A DNA stretch of 64,000 nucleotides from Octopus vulgaris (taxonomy: Eukaryota). The notes beneath the pieces are model-generated. The model saw nothing but the letters and a program-made list of their open reading frames with translations, was not told where the DNA came from and made no database searches. The first letter of the stretch is position 1, and every line of letters starts with the position of its first letter. The DNA is taken from NCBI GenBank assembly GCA_951406725.2, contig OX597818.1, positions 43,896,001 to 43,960,000 on the forward strand. The letters run 5' to 3'. Both the position numbers and the translations under genes were made by a program. Shown piece by piece: positions 37,881-50,685 of this stretch.

Positions 37881-40056
37881 TATATTTGTTACTACAGGAG
37901 TGAAAATATTTGATTCAGCTATGATGTTGTGTGTGTGTGTGTGTGTATGTGTGTGAGTGAGAGAGAGTCACAGGGTCTAGTGTGGTTATATATATGAAAA
38001 GAGAGTATCTGGGTGATATTATAGAGCTCAAATTGTAGATATACTGAAGGTCGTACAAATACAATGGCTATGTCAATGATCACGACTGTTGTTTTACACT
38101 TGTTTTAGCCAGCTTCTACCCTGTGCAAGTTGAGAAAAGTGTAAAAAGTGGAAGGCTTATTGAGCTATGTATGCTTCTTTTACAATAAATAAAGCAAACA
38201 AAAGATGGGAAAACAGGAAATCAGAGATAAGTGGAGAGGGAAAAAACATTTAAGTTTTAGGTAAAGGTTAAACAGACATTTCTGAGCTAAGTATAAACAG
38301 CTTTATTGTGAAGTTTTAAACTCAGAAACAAAGAGAGATAGAAAAAAGAAATCATGCTCCCCCACCTCTCCAAAGAAAGCCTTTAACAATTGCAAAATAT
38401 TCAGTCAGCTCGGCTGTTTGAGAAGGAATCTGGCAGTATTGCCTTCACACTCAATACCAACACTATCCATCATGTGATATGAGCCATGAAAGAGCCTCCA
38501 TGCAGTCACTATCTATTAGAAATAGCAACTAATTCTACTCAAAAACATACCAATTCCGTCTTAAATAAAGGAAACACTGGACATATTGAAAAAAAGATGG
38601 GATTACCATGGATGGAATATCATTGGCTTTATAAGTTTACTGAGTCAGAGCTGACCTTGAGGCTAAACATCACCATCATGTGATAATGAGCAAAGCAGAA
38701 CCCATATAAAGAGCAAACCAGAAAACATGTTTATAAAATTATGAATAAGTGAAAATGAAATATAAAACAATGGATGATGTATTGAATTCCAGTATGAATT
38801 TTAAAAAGCATGCCAGAGAGAGAGAGAGGGGGGAGAGAGGAGAGTGTGTGTGTGTGTGTGTATGCATACATGTGCACACTTACACTACATGAGGCTAGTA
38901 TTGCAAATTACGGGCACTGAAAGTGGAGGAGGTTTATTGAGAATGGTGACAATCCTTGAAAGACTAGAAATGAAGGAAAAAGGTTTTCAAAGAAATATGG
39001 AGCAAGATTGTTTGGAAAACAAATTCAATTCATTCCAGTATGGAGAATTGGATAGACACAGATATGAAAGTTAAATATCATTGAAGCATTTGTTTCTTTA
39101 AAATCTTAAACATCTCTCAAGTATTTTTGACTTTTTTTTTCCTAAAAAATGCTATCAACATGCAATCTCATTAGTTTTAAATGAAATGAAGAAAAAGAGG
39201 AAAAAAAAAAAAAAATGAAACAGAACAGGGATATGTCCAATGTCTCTTTCTCTCTCTCATTCAGTTACAAGGTTGAAAGAAATAACTGAAAACAAAAGTT
39301 AACTAAAAAAATTAATGAATGAAAACAAAAGAAAATTTGTGTTTTGCTTTCCTGACTATTTTAGCTGCTGATATCTAAAAGAAATCTTGTTGCTATGTAT
39401 CCATGTGTGTGAACATATTTATATTTGATTTTGTCTTTTGTAACTTATTTCATATATATATATTGTACGAACTGTATATCTATTGTACTTCAGTTTGAGA
39501 AAATTGATTTTTATTTTCGCCCAAATTGTTGCTTGACCAAAAATATACTGGAAATAGCTTGTTGCTAAAAAGCAAATTTAAGAAAAAAAAAAAAAAATTC
39601 TCATTAATCATTACTGTAATGACTTTCTATCTCCAGTATTTCAAGATACCAGAATGGAGACTCAAGCAATTAATCAAAGAGACAAACAAACTGGTCATAA
39701 CTGAGGCACCAGATGTTATAGTAGTTGAATAGATTGGATAGGATGGAGTGAGGGAACTATGGAAATTGGGCATAGAAACTAATGGTGTCACATTCTTACT
39801 AATTATTACAAAATGCAATCCTTGTATATATAACAGTTCTAGACTCATAAAATAAGCTAGTTTTTGTGTTTTCTCATGTAAACTATTCAGTAAATCACTT
39901 AGTTACAATATACACTTGACCATATTGAATATTATTTTGTATCAAAAATGATCCATGAATTTGGATTCAGTATATTCAGCTAAAACAAAAAATTAAGAAA
40001 TTGCAATTGATAAAAATGATACCTTCTTGAATAAGTTGGCTTCTAATTAAACAATA

Positions 40057-40567
40057 CTGTAAATCCTTGAGTATAGTCCACACTTGAGTATAATACACAG
40101 GGGATTTTTAGGGGGCTGTACCTCTGAAAAACCTAAACCTTGTGTATAATACGTACCCCTTCTCTAACTTGAGTCGAGGAGGTTTATATAACGTCCTTGG
40201 TTTGTAAAACTGTATACGGTAATGTCGTTTATTATTATTGTATATATAACATAATGCAAACATATAGCTTTTTTGCGCATTTTGTTTGCAGAAAATAAAG
40301 AAATAACAGTAATAACGTTTAATAAATGTTGCTTACTGCAAGTTATGGATGATTCTTTTATGACTTCATTGCTTTCAGGCTTAGCTTAAGTATTTTCACG
40401 CCTGACATCACAAAATGCATCTGAATAAACATTGCCGGATAGCAAATAGAGACTCGGACATTGCTTAGAAAATAATTTTCATTTTTAACCTTGTGTATAA
40501 TACGCACTAGGGATTTTGACCTTTAAATTTTGGGAAAAAAATGCGGATTATACTCAAGGATTTACGG
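40057..40567. mobile_element. pogo/Tigger-like MITE
   Basis: TA-flanked TIRs CTGTAAATCCTTGAGTATAGTCC / GGATTATACTCAAGGATTTACGG, with internal sub-repeats (GTGTATAATACG). Confidence 0.85.
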
Positions 40568-40984
40568 TATGTAGTTCTTTTAAGGTTATCAATGATATGC
40601 TGTCAAGTGAATTATATATAAGGTAACTGGCTCGTTAATGAAATTCATTTGCCTTACCTTCTTCACATTCCAAAGAACATAATTCCAAATAATCTCAGTT
40701 ATTTCTGATTTATTCTTTTCTTAGTTACAACCGGTGGGCTGGTGAACAACCGGTGGGCCAGAGCTGGTGAACTGCTATAATTTATTCACAAAAATATGAA
40801 TATACAAAGTAATTTGTTTTGAAGATCTAACTAAACCTCATTTGAAACTTTTGCTTCAATAAAGAAGTGAACAAGCTAATTAGATAAGAATTAGACTATC
40901 TATACATCAAATACAAATTTATTTGTTGCTCGTGTTTTATACTTGTTACATAGCTCAGGGTTGAGTTGCTACTCTCCAGGGTGA

Positions 40985-41250
40985 GTTGCTACTTCTCTGC
41001 ATAGAGGCGTTACAGTTCCAGTACTATGGACATATAATTAGAATGTCACAGGAAAGAATTGCAAGATAGATTCTTCAAACTGAACCAACCAGCAGGAGAC
41101 CAAAGAGCAGAGCAAAAACGATATGGTTGGATAACATCCATAGTTTCAGTTGGCCATGCTTAGGAATGAAGCCAGAAAGTGTAATGATGCTTGCTTCTGA
41201 CAGGACTCTGTGGAGGAGGTGCCTGAGGATTCTACCACTATGACCTTTGC
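40985..41250 (+). mobile_element. LINE (RTE-like) ORF 3' end relic
   Basis: RMSQERIAR*ILQTEPTSRRPKSRAKTIWLDNI...ASDRTLWRRCL (compare GRRPRGRPKxRWxD and AxDRxxWR). Confidence 0.7.
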
Positions 41251-41627
41251 AGGAATAGTGGGCAAAGAAAATAGCTGGGTGGATGGCTACTGCTTTGTTG
41301 TAGCTTTGGATAAGACTTCTAATTATGTGTCTAGGTTCACTTAACTGTAGTACATCTTTTGAAAATGCTATCTGTCATAGAATGGTGTCCTAACTAGTAG
41401 TAGGTTCATTCCTTATATCCCAACAGTACTGAATCCATTGGCTTTTAATAGTTTCTGTGGTTTATGATATATTGCTTAGAAGACCGCAAGAATATTTTCT
41501 GCAGACATGAATAAATTTCTGTAGACAACTGTTTTTCAATATTACTAATTTTCATTAAAACAATTTATTAGCAGACAATAATAATAATAATAATAATGCT
41601 TTAAAATGATTAAAACTTCTATTTCAG

Positions 41628-41752
41628 AGCATTTTTAAACTATATCAAGTGTGTGGAACCTAGGCTAACTGGATGCAAGAGTTCTTCCCTTCGAGGTATC
41701 ACAATTGTCAAAAAAACATATAGTAAAGAACCCTACCACTGCATGTTGAACG
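41628..41752 (+). CDS. Nested gene, coding exon 3: Cys4-Cys6
   Basis: Acceptor CTTCTATTTCAG and donor ACG|GTTAGT, 125 nt, phase 2/1. Translates (K)AFLNYIKCVEPRLTGCKSSSLRGITIVKKTYSKEPYHCMLN(D). Confidence 0.9.
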
Positions 41753-43249
41753 GTTAGTAGCACAAAATATAAAATAATTTTTCTCACTATTAACACTTTT
41801 GTATTTAAATCGATCATATCTGGCCTAAATGTTCTACTTGTTTTATGTTCAAACTGGCCTGGTCTGGCCTCAATCACATCATTTAAATCTTGAAGCTATG
41901 AGATAATACATGATTAATTCAAAACAATGTGAATAAATAAGCATTGCATTTGACAGAGTAAAGGGAATGTGAAAGGGTTTATCATTCTCTTCACAGACAG
42001 ATCATAACTATAAATACACACCATAGAATTAACAAACTGAAAAACTGACATCCTATCTTTTTAAACTTCATCTTACAGCTACAGAGGAATTATGGAAAGA
42101 GCATTTTAATTGGATTATCTTTCTAGTTAGTTACATTATTATTTTGCAGAGAACTAGTAATTAAGAAATTGAGCCAAAGACATTAATGAGGAAAATGATT
42201 TTTTTAAATGAATTTGCTAATCAATTTATGGATTTCCTAATGTAATATTCTGAGAGTATAGAAAAAAAAAAGTTGTAGAGCAACTATATAATGCAATACA
42301 AAAGAAACCCCACAAAAAGAAGAAGAAGAAAACTATTTAAGAATGTGGCTGGTAACAAAGAGAAGAGTAGTTTACTACATGTCACTGCCAGCTGAGGAAT
42401 GGTAGTATAGTGGAGGGAAAGAAATGTTTGAATAGAAGCTAGAAGTAGCCTATTTGAGGGTAAAAAAATTCAAGCAATCATAAATGGTCTGACAAGTGAT
42501 GAGAAAAGAAAAGTATGGAATGAAGGAAAAATAGAAGAGGTATGCAGATGACATCTAGGTATGAAAGTAAAATTGCACATTGTCATTCCACTTTCTTCCT
42601 CCAAATGAATCTCTTAAATGTATAAACAAAGATGCTAAAAATGTGTGAAGCATACCTACATAGATGAAGAAGATAAAATACAAAGTTACAAAGTGATAAA
42701 CAAAGGAGTTGATACATGAATATTTGCAATGTAAAATGTATGACTGGATCAAAACAACAAGCAAAGGAAAGCTTAATGACTGCTCAACATGTGAAACATT
42801 TAGGTACATAGAAATCAAGAAATGAAATATGAAAGCTGGGCAGAGATGATACTGGGGTTATAAAACTGAATAGAGGTTAGATTAAATTTGAAAAAAATCT
42901 AGGTGCAGGCATGGCTGTGTGTACTAAGAAGCTTGCTTCCCAACCATGATTCCGGGTTCAGTCCCACAGTGCGGCACCTTGGGCAAATGTCTTCTACTAT
43001 GACCTTGGGTCAACCAAAACCTTATAAGTGGATGTGGTAGATAGAAACTGAAAGAAGTGTGTGTGTGTGTTTGTCCCCCATCACTGTTTGATAGCCAGTA
43101 TTGATCTATTTATGTCCTTGTAACTTAGTAGTTCAACAAAAGAAACTGATAGAATAAACACCAAAAAAGTAGTTTAGAACAGAAGTTATAAATGTAATCT
43201 ATAGCAATGAATCGTTAACATTTATTATCCTATAAGTAGGATAATAATA

Positions 43250-43307
<58 letters not shown>

Positions 43308-43329
43308 CTAAAATCAAAGTAAAAGTTGA

Positions 43330-43717
43330 ACAAGTAAAAGTTGCTCAAAGCAAAGTTGGACATGACCATATATGCCAGACTCTTCAATAGTAATGTCTTA
43401 CATGCACTCTTATCCGCAAGTTAGATGTGGGATACTATGAAGAAGGAAGAATATTGATTGGCTATGATGCAAAGAGCCATGGAAAGATCGATGCTAGGAA
43501 TATCATTATGAGAGCATATTTGAAATGAGATAATTCAATAACAGAGCAGAGTGAATGATGTGATCACAGGATACGGAAAGCACCAAGTTCTGTCCAACCC
43601 AGCTCATGAACCTTGTGACTGGGAAGAGCTGGGAAAAGATTGGTGCAGTTAAGAAAGAGTTGGAAGTACATTGTGACCAGATGTGGATGACATCTGATGG
43701 TATGGTCAATACAGCGA

Positions 43718-43720
<3 letters not shown>
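43330..43720 (+). mobile_element. RTE LINE 3' relic
   Basis: ARLFNSNVLHALLSAS*MWDTMKKEEY*LAMMQRAMERSMLGISL*EHI*NEII, with multiple stops. Confidence 0.8.
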
Positions 43721-43758
<38 letters not shown>

Positions 43759-43759
<1 letters not shown>

Positions 43760-44057
43760 TAGCAGTATCACCCGGCGTTGCTCGGGTTTGTAAGGGAAAT
43801 AACTATATAAGCATTTTTAGAGAGTTACTTCCCTTATATAATAGTGAAAAAATGCATTAAAATGGAAAAAAAATGATGGTAAATTTTTTTTTAAATCATA
43901 GACTCATCGTAGACGCGCGCTAATACCCAGAAGGGCTCGATATGAATCACGACTATAAGATACCCGGTTTTGGTTAAACTGCATCGCAAAATGTGGGAGT
44001 AGTTAGGAATCTAAATCGTAGGAGACAGACACACAACTTCACTTTTATATATAAAGA
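43759..44057 (-). mobile_element. Non-autonomous Helitron
   Basis: Minus strand starts A|TCTTTATATATAAAAG and ends with hairpin CCCGAGCAACGCCGGG followed by ...CTAG|T. Inserted between A and T with no TSD. Confidence 0.85.
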
Positions 44058-44079
44058 TATACAGATAGATATATAGGGA

Positions 44080-44246
44080 TAGTTTACGAAAAAACAAAAG
44101 ATGAAGACAGGTGGTGTACAAAACAAACAGCTGTATTAGTATAATGCTCAGGAACAGAAAAAGTATTTTACGTTTTGAGCCTACGCTCTTCTACAGAAAG
44201 GGACACAGAAAAACAAGGAGAGAAAAAAATGTGTGTAGTGGCTAAC

Positions 44247-44317
<71 letters not shown>

Positions 44318-44460
44318 GAAATTTATATAAAAAAAAAAAGATGAGGATAGGTGTATTAGTTTGACACTCGGGGAAAATGAAAATGTCTTTTACATTTTGA
44401 GCTTACACTCTTCAACAGAAAGGAATAAGTGAAAATAAACAGAGAGAGAATGAAAAAAAA
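44080..44460 (-). mobile_element. Two tandem Penelope pLTR-like units with degenerate hammerhead motifs
   Basis: Minus strand CTGTAGA-AGAGC-GTAG-GCTC-AAAACGTA (about 44165-44200) and CTGTTGA-AGAGT-GTAA-GCTC-AAAATGTA (about 44385-44420), separated by (CT)n(TA)n. Confidence 0.55.
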
Positions 44461-45485
44461 CCCCTGGAGAATTAGCAGTTAAGCATGGTTAAGTGTGTGT
44501 GTATGCGAAAATGATGTGTGTGAATGTGTAAGTGGGTGAATTAAGGCTAGTGACTTTGATGTGTGGGTGTGTACACAAACATAAGCAATAAAAAGGTGTA
44601 TTTTATGCATCTTTTTTCTTTAATTTCAAATTCAAACTTCAAAACCCACCAAATATTATGAAGAAATGATTATCTCCTAACTGGCTGTTAGGGGATACCA
44701 TGTGCTTATTTAGATATCTATTCTTAGCTAAAAACATACTGTGGATATAAAAGCAGAGATTTAATATAATACAGTCCAAGCAAAACCCAATGATTATTTC
44801 TATAAACCCTGTGAGAAATGAAATAATCACTATCTGCTGGTAGCTTTTAAACTATTACATACAATAAGTACTTTCCTAAATTTTATTATATATACTCTTT
44901 TACTTGTTTCAGTCATGTGACTGTGGCCATGCTGGAGCACCGCCTTTAGTTGATCAAATCGACCCCAGGATTTATTCTTTGTAAGCCTAGTACTTATTTT
45001 ACCGGTCTCTTTTTTGCCAAACCGCTAAGTTACGGGGACGTAAACACACCAGCATTGGTTGTCAAGCGATGTTGGGGGGACAAATACAGACACACAAACA
45101 CGCGCATACACACATATATATATACATATATATGACGGGCTTCTTTCAGTTTCCGTCTACCAAATCCACTCACAAGGCCATAGTAGAAGACACTTACCCA
45201 AGGTGCCACGCAGTGGGACTGAACCCGGAACCATGTGGTTTGTAAGCAAGCTACTTACCACAAACTAATATTACCAATTCATAATTGGGAACATTTATAA
45301 AAAGAATAAATGCAAGCAAAAATCAAACAGACTTAAGCAAAGATAAGGAGTTAGAAATATTTTAATCTGTTTCTATATTCTTGAAAAAAAAAACCCCCAA
45401 AAAACTGTGTATTATATATGTATTTTCTTGACATAATGCTTCCCATTGTTGACCTTAAAAGAGCAATTTCTTTTTCTATTGCTAG

Positions 45486-45637
45486 ATACTTCTGAGGTGA
45501 AGACTGAGCAGAGTGCAATAACACCAAGACAGACCTCTAGTCAACATGTACAACAAGTGAGCATTCTAAGTCTACTGGCAGCCATAATACTGCAGTATTT
45601 AGTGGGGCTTTTGCAGACTGGCTGTAGGTATGAATAA
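45486..45637 (+). CDS. Nested gene, coding exon 4: S/T/Q-rich stalk and hydrophobic C-terminus (GPI signal or TM)
   Basis: Acceptor TTTCTTTTTCTATTGCTAG, phase 1. Translates (D)TSEVKTEQSAITPRQTSSQHVQQVSILSLLAAIILQYLVGLLQTGCRYE*. AATAAA overlaps the stop and recurs at 45777-45782. Confidence 0.85.
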
Positions 45638-48600
45638 AAAAAAAAAAAGGAATTATTCTTAGTATCAGATAACAGAGAATGTTACAGAAAAAAATTGCAC
45701 AGGTAAATGTTGTGTATAGAAAAGTACCAGACAAATCTAACCAACAAGAGAATACATTTAATATGTACTCACATGTAATAAAAGTGTTAATGGTTTCCAG
45801 TTCTAACTTACATATCTAGAAATTAATATTATAGAGATAAAAGGAGAAATAAAAAAATGTTTGTGATCTCCACTTAAATGTTGAAATATTACAGTATATC
45901 CTAGAGGAAAACTCATTACATTAAATGGAAATAATAAATAAATTGATATTTGGGAACTTTAATTTAGTTTCATGTTTAATTAAAAGCATTGCTTTCTTTG
46001 TGTTTCCATGCTGCCTCAAATCAAAAATATTCTTCATTGATCAATTTTGTTCTGAAATGTCTAACTTCACCTTCTCCATTGCTGTTAAGTTTTGTTAGAA
46101 ATTATTTCATAATAGGTTTTAATTTAAAAATCTGAATTTATTGCTTGAAAGTTGTATACAAGCATGTATGGAACTTACAACATGCTAGAAGTCTCATAAG
46201 ATTGGCACTTAGTTTTGATTTCAGCAAGAAGTTAGATTTTAATTAAGTGGGGTATAATCTCAAGAGAAATTACTTTCTCTTTGAAACTGGAACTAAAGTT
46301 TCAGCTAGATAAATTTGAGACAGGTAATATTTAGGAGCCTATGGCAAAATATGAGCCAAAAAAAGAGTCTAATAATTTATTCACATTGCCAATTCTTCAC
46401 TAGAAATACAGAATGATATATTTTTAGAGGAAACCCCCCCCCCCCAAAAAAAAACAACCCAAACAAGTAATGCTCAACTTTCACCGTTTGCAGAAGTACT
46501 TGAGAAGAATTTATTCCTCCATATTAATAACACAAAAATATGCAGTACAATCCTAGATTTTTAAATGAATACATCTTTTTTTTTATGACAAAGAACAAAC
46601 ACCATGATTAGAAAAACAGAAAAAGAAAAAAAAAAAGAGGATAATATGATACATAGACACTTCAAATATCAGCTCATAACTACCAAGTAAAATAAGTAAG
46701 TGGAATGAGAAAGAGGAGACAACTGATATTTTGAGCGGCAACCGTTCCTTCTGTGAAGAGCTCTGATCAAAGCATCAAACCTCTTTCTTTCTTCACAGCA
46801 AGCTAATTAATTCACCATATGAGCTGTTTGTTTGAACTATTTCCTATGCAGACTACCAATAGTTCCCTTGGACCTTACTATTCCAATTACTATCACCACT
46901 CCATTGATTATGATGAGGAGTGTTCCAGTTGGTCCGATCAATTGAACAGCATGCTCGTGAAACTAATGTGCAAGTGGCTGAGCACTCCACAGACACTGCA
47001 TACCCTTGATATAGTCCTCAGGGAGATTCAGCATGACACAGAATGTGACAAGGCTGGTCCTTTGAAATACAGATACAAATAAATTTTGCTGGCGGAGTGG
47101 ACTGGAGTAATATGAAATAAAGTGACTTGCTCAAGGACACAATGTATTACTGGGAATTGAACTCACAACCATATGATTATGAGCCAAATATCTTAACCAC
47201 TAAGCCACATGCCTTCATACCATTTCAATTAGTTAATAACAGTTAACCATCACATAATTAATGTTAGCAAAATTCAAATAAAACAAAATACAAAAATATT
47301 TTCTCTATTTTTTTTTTTTGAGCTGTAAGTTTTTCTTGCTATTTTATTAATTTGAAATCCTTAATACACAAAAAACCCTAACTACTGATGTTATGACAGA
47401 ATATAGTAGTATTTCTTCAACAACAAAATCCCTTCTGCTGGTCTTTCTGACATCTTTCATTTTGGGGCAAATATGAAAAAGGTAGTGAATATGATGAGCT
47501 AGAATAGTTTCTTCCTTTTAAAACATATTCTATTCCGATATTTTGGGTCTTGATGAAAAGTAGGGAATATATAAACTTACCTGACAAATGAAAAAATCCA
47601 AAAAATCATTTCTGTACAACTCACCTGCAATATGAAACAAAAAAACATTTAAAAATTTAGAGACATGAAAATTTCTCAAAATATTTGATATTTTAATAAT
47701 TACAGAGACACTGAAATTAAAATTTAGAAATGCAAACGATAATTAATCAAAGCCTTAAACTAATGTCATAAAGTCACGAGGTTATCAAAGGAATTATGTT
47801 TCCATCGATCAGTTAACTCAAGGAAGCTATCAAATGGTAAAATCATTCTTAAGACTCATGAAAAAATGGGTGTCAGAATTTTAACAATTCATATTTTTAC
47901 AGAGAGAACAGGTAAAACTTTGGTAACCATGTGATGATTTCTGATTTAAGACATAAGATAACCCCATTTTGAGAGGAGGGGCTAAGTTGATACCATCAAT
48001 CTCAATACATGACTAGTTCTTTATTTTCTTAATTCAAGAAGACCTGCCCTCCACAGCAGAAATGTTTTAAGGCTGCTCCCCTGGTGAAGAGGATTGGCCT
48101 GCAAAAATCATGTGTCAGTGTCATGTAAAAAGTACTCATGTTGGTGCCATGTAAAAGTGCTTGTGCAGTGCTACATTAAAAGCACTCAGCACACACTGTA
48201 AAGTGGTTGGTGGAAGGGCACCCAGCTATAGGGACCAAGCCAAGTCAAGCTAGAACTTGGTGCAGCTCCCCAGCTTGCTCGTTCTTGTCAAACTATCCAA
48301 CCTGTGCCAGTATGGAAAACGGATGTTGAAGGATGATGATGGATATGATGGCAGGATAAACACTAGTAGTCAAAATAACAGGGGAAAAAAAAAAAAAAAA
48401 TGATTCAAAATGTGAAACTGTCATAAAATTTCATTACATTTCTTGGATTGTTACTGATTATACAATCTGCTGTAAGATGACTAATCATTTAATGTCCTAG
48501 TTCTAGTCATATTTATCAGGTACCTTTAGAACCCACCTACACTCCTTTTCTAGTTCTTCAACTGATTCTGAAGAGCTGCTAGATCTAAAACAAACAAAAT

Positions 48601-49948
48601 ACTGACAAACCATGGATTAACAATTTGTAGCCTGTCACTTGGCAGTTAGCATCACACAGTCTCAAATATTTCAAGAAAGAAATGGTTTGGATTTGTTGGG
48701 GGGTCATAAAGCAACTGGAAATTGACATTCAGCACCTTTTAGGATTTAGGAGCTCAGTAGGGAGCCTCTTTATAGTGATTTCAAATTATCAGTAACAGCT
48801 ACTTCAAAATCTCCCTCAAACTCATACCAGAGCATCTTATGAGATTAGTGGGCAGAAGTGAGCAAGTTAAAATTAGACCAGAGTTGACTGTGCTAAAGGT
48901 ATTCAAGGGCAAGCTGGTAATATACTCATTATCAGATCATCATCATCAATCATTGCTTAACATCGGCTTTCCATGCTGGCATGGGTTGGACAATTCGACT
49001 TGAGGACTTGCAAACCAGATGGCTGCACTAGGCTCCAATCTGATCTGGCAGAATTTCTACAACTGGATGCCCTTCCGAACGCCAACTGCTCATAGAATGT
49101 AGTGGATGCTTTTACGTGACACTGGCACGAGAGTCAGTCAGGTGGTACTGGCAATGACCTCGCTCATTGGCAACTAAATTAGCTCACCTCCTAGGTATGT
49201 CCAGTGGAGGTTTTGATAGAAACATAAGACCTGTCAAAAGGTCCAAGGAAATTTTAAAATTAGACGACAGCTTAGTTAGATGCTTCAAGGTTGACCTAAC
49301 AACAAACTCAATATTTTGAGCATTTAATTTTGTCACTTATTTCAGATACTGGACCACTCCAAGTAAACTAAATTTGAATAAGATTTCAACCCAGGAGGGA
49401 AACTTTAAGAAAACATTAAAATGCAAACCAACTATCTATGAAGTCCACATTGGAAGTCTATCTTCCAATGTAGTAATCTGAACAACAGTTAGTGAAGTGT
49501 TAATTCATTTCTATCTATTGAGTGAATGTTGAAGTTTACTCCTAGCAACCCAAGTATTTATAACATTTATAACATTTATAACATTCTCTATTAGCTATTA
49601 TACCCTAAGGTTTAAATGTTATTGCTATGGTGAAGGAGGTAAGTAATTACTGGAGATATTTTAACAAAGAGGAATTCAGGAAATTAGAAGGAATCAAATT
49701 TAACATGAAAATTATGTAGAAAAATATTTAAATAGAAACTTGGGAATACATAGCAACAAGAGACACCACAGGGAGAAAATGAACATAAATTTAATTTATA
49801 ATTAAATTGCACATTGGTAATTTCATTTAATAAATATCATCTTCAATATATTAACATGACCCCCCCCCCCCCAGCAAATGTAACTTTAATTTAATGAAAA
49901 ACTGATTTTATAGTGATGAGGATTACTTAGCTCAGAGTAAAAGAGTGC

Positions 49949-49992
<44 letters not shown>

Positions 49993-50049
49993 AGAGATAA
50001 AAAGATAGATAGACAAGTAGACAGATATATATATATATATATGTATGTA

Positions 50050-50428
50050 TGTGTGTGTCCAAAGTTACTCTTCATTTCAAAATCTGAGTAACTTTTTTTA
50101 ATAAAAAATGTAAAGGAATTTTCACTTTAGATGTACATCTTGTGGATGTTGGAAATTATTTGGAACTAATTGTGAGATTTCACATCCCACAAATGCCTTC
50201 TATTTTCAGTTTTGCAAAGTCAAACCCTTTCTAGGCAGCGCTCCATGACAGCTTGGAATGTATCTGGCTTCCAATGCTCCAATTTCTTGTTGAATATTAT
50301 TCTTCAGTTTGTGGAATGTTGGGGGCTTGTTTATGTAAACTCTGTCTTTAAGGGAACCCCACAGGAAAAAGAAAAAAATATTGGGAGTGGTCAAATTTAA
50401 AATGGAAAGAGAGTTTTGTGCCTCTGCA

Positions 50429-50435
<7 letters not shown>
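50050..50435 (-). mobile_element. Tc1/mariner-superfamily transposase C-terminal relic
   Basis: FFLWGSLKDRVYINKPPTFHKLKNNIQQEI is typical of the DD(D/E) transposase region after SPDL. Flanked by (TA)n. Confidence 0.7.
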
Positions 50436-50469
<34 letters not shown>

Positions 50470-50634
50470 ATAGATAGAGAGATATAGATATATATCATGC
50501 TATAAGAATTTAGAAATTTTGAGAGACATGAATAAATCATTTTTAAAAGTGGAACTCAACTCAAAACAGATCAAGCTATGAATTATCACATGTAAATATT
50601 TGGCCTTTAAGTTTTTCTATGCAATGGTTTGTGC

Positions 50635-50685
<51 letters not shown>

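Noticed and set aside
39637-39732. Plus-strand acceptor with short open frames
   Set aside because: The phase needed after exon 2 hits a stop within about 12 codons, and there is no donor or recognisable protein.
44700-44802. Minus-strand acceptor followed by a frame reading VYRNNHW, reminiscent of the MINDY catalytic FFRNNHF
   Set aside because: The surrounding residues do not match MINDY and the frame stops shortly after, so I treat it as coincidence.
45632-45648. A-run right after the nested gene stop suggesting a processed pseudogene
   Set aside because: The gene keeps three long introns and an intact frame, and genomic A-runs are common throughout this window.
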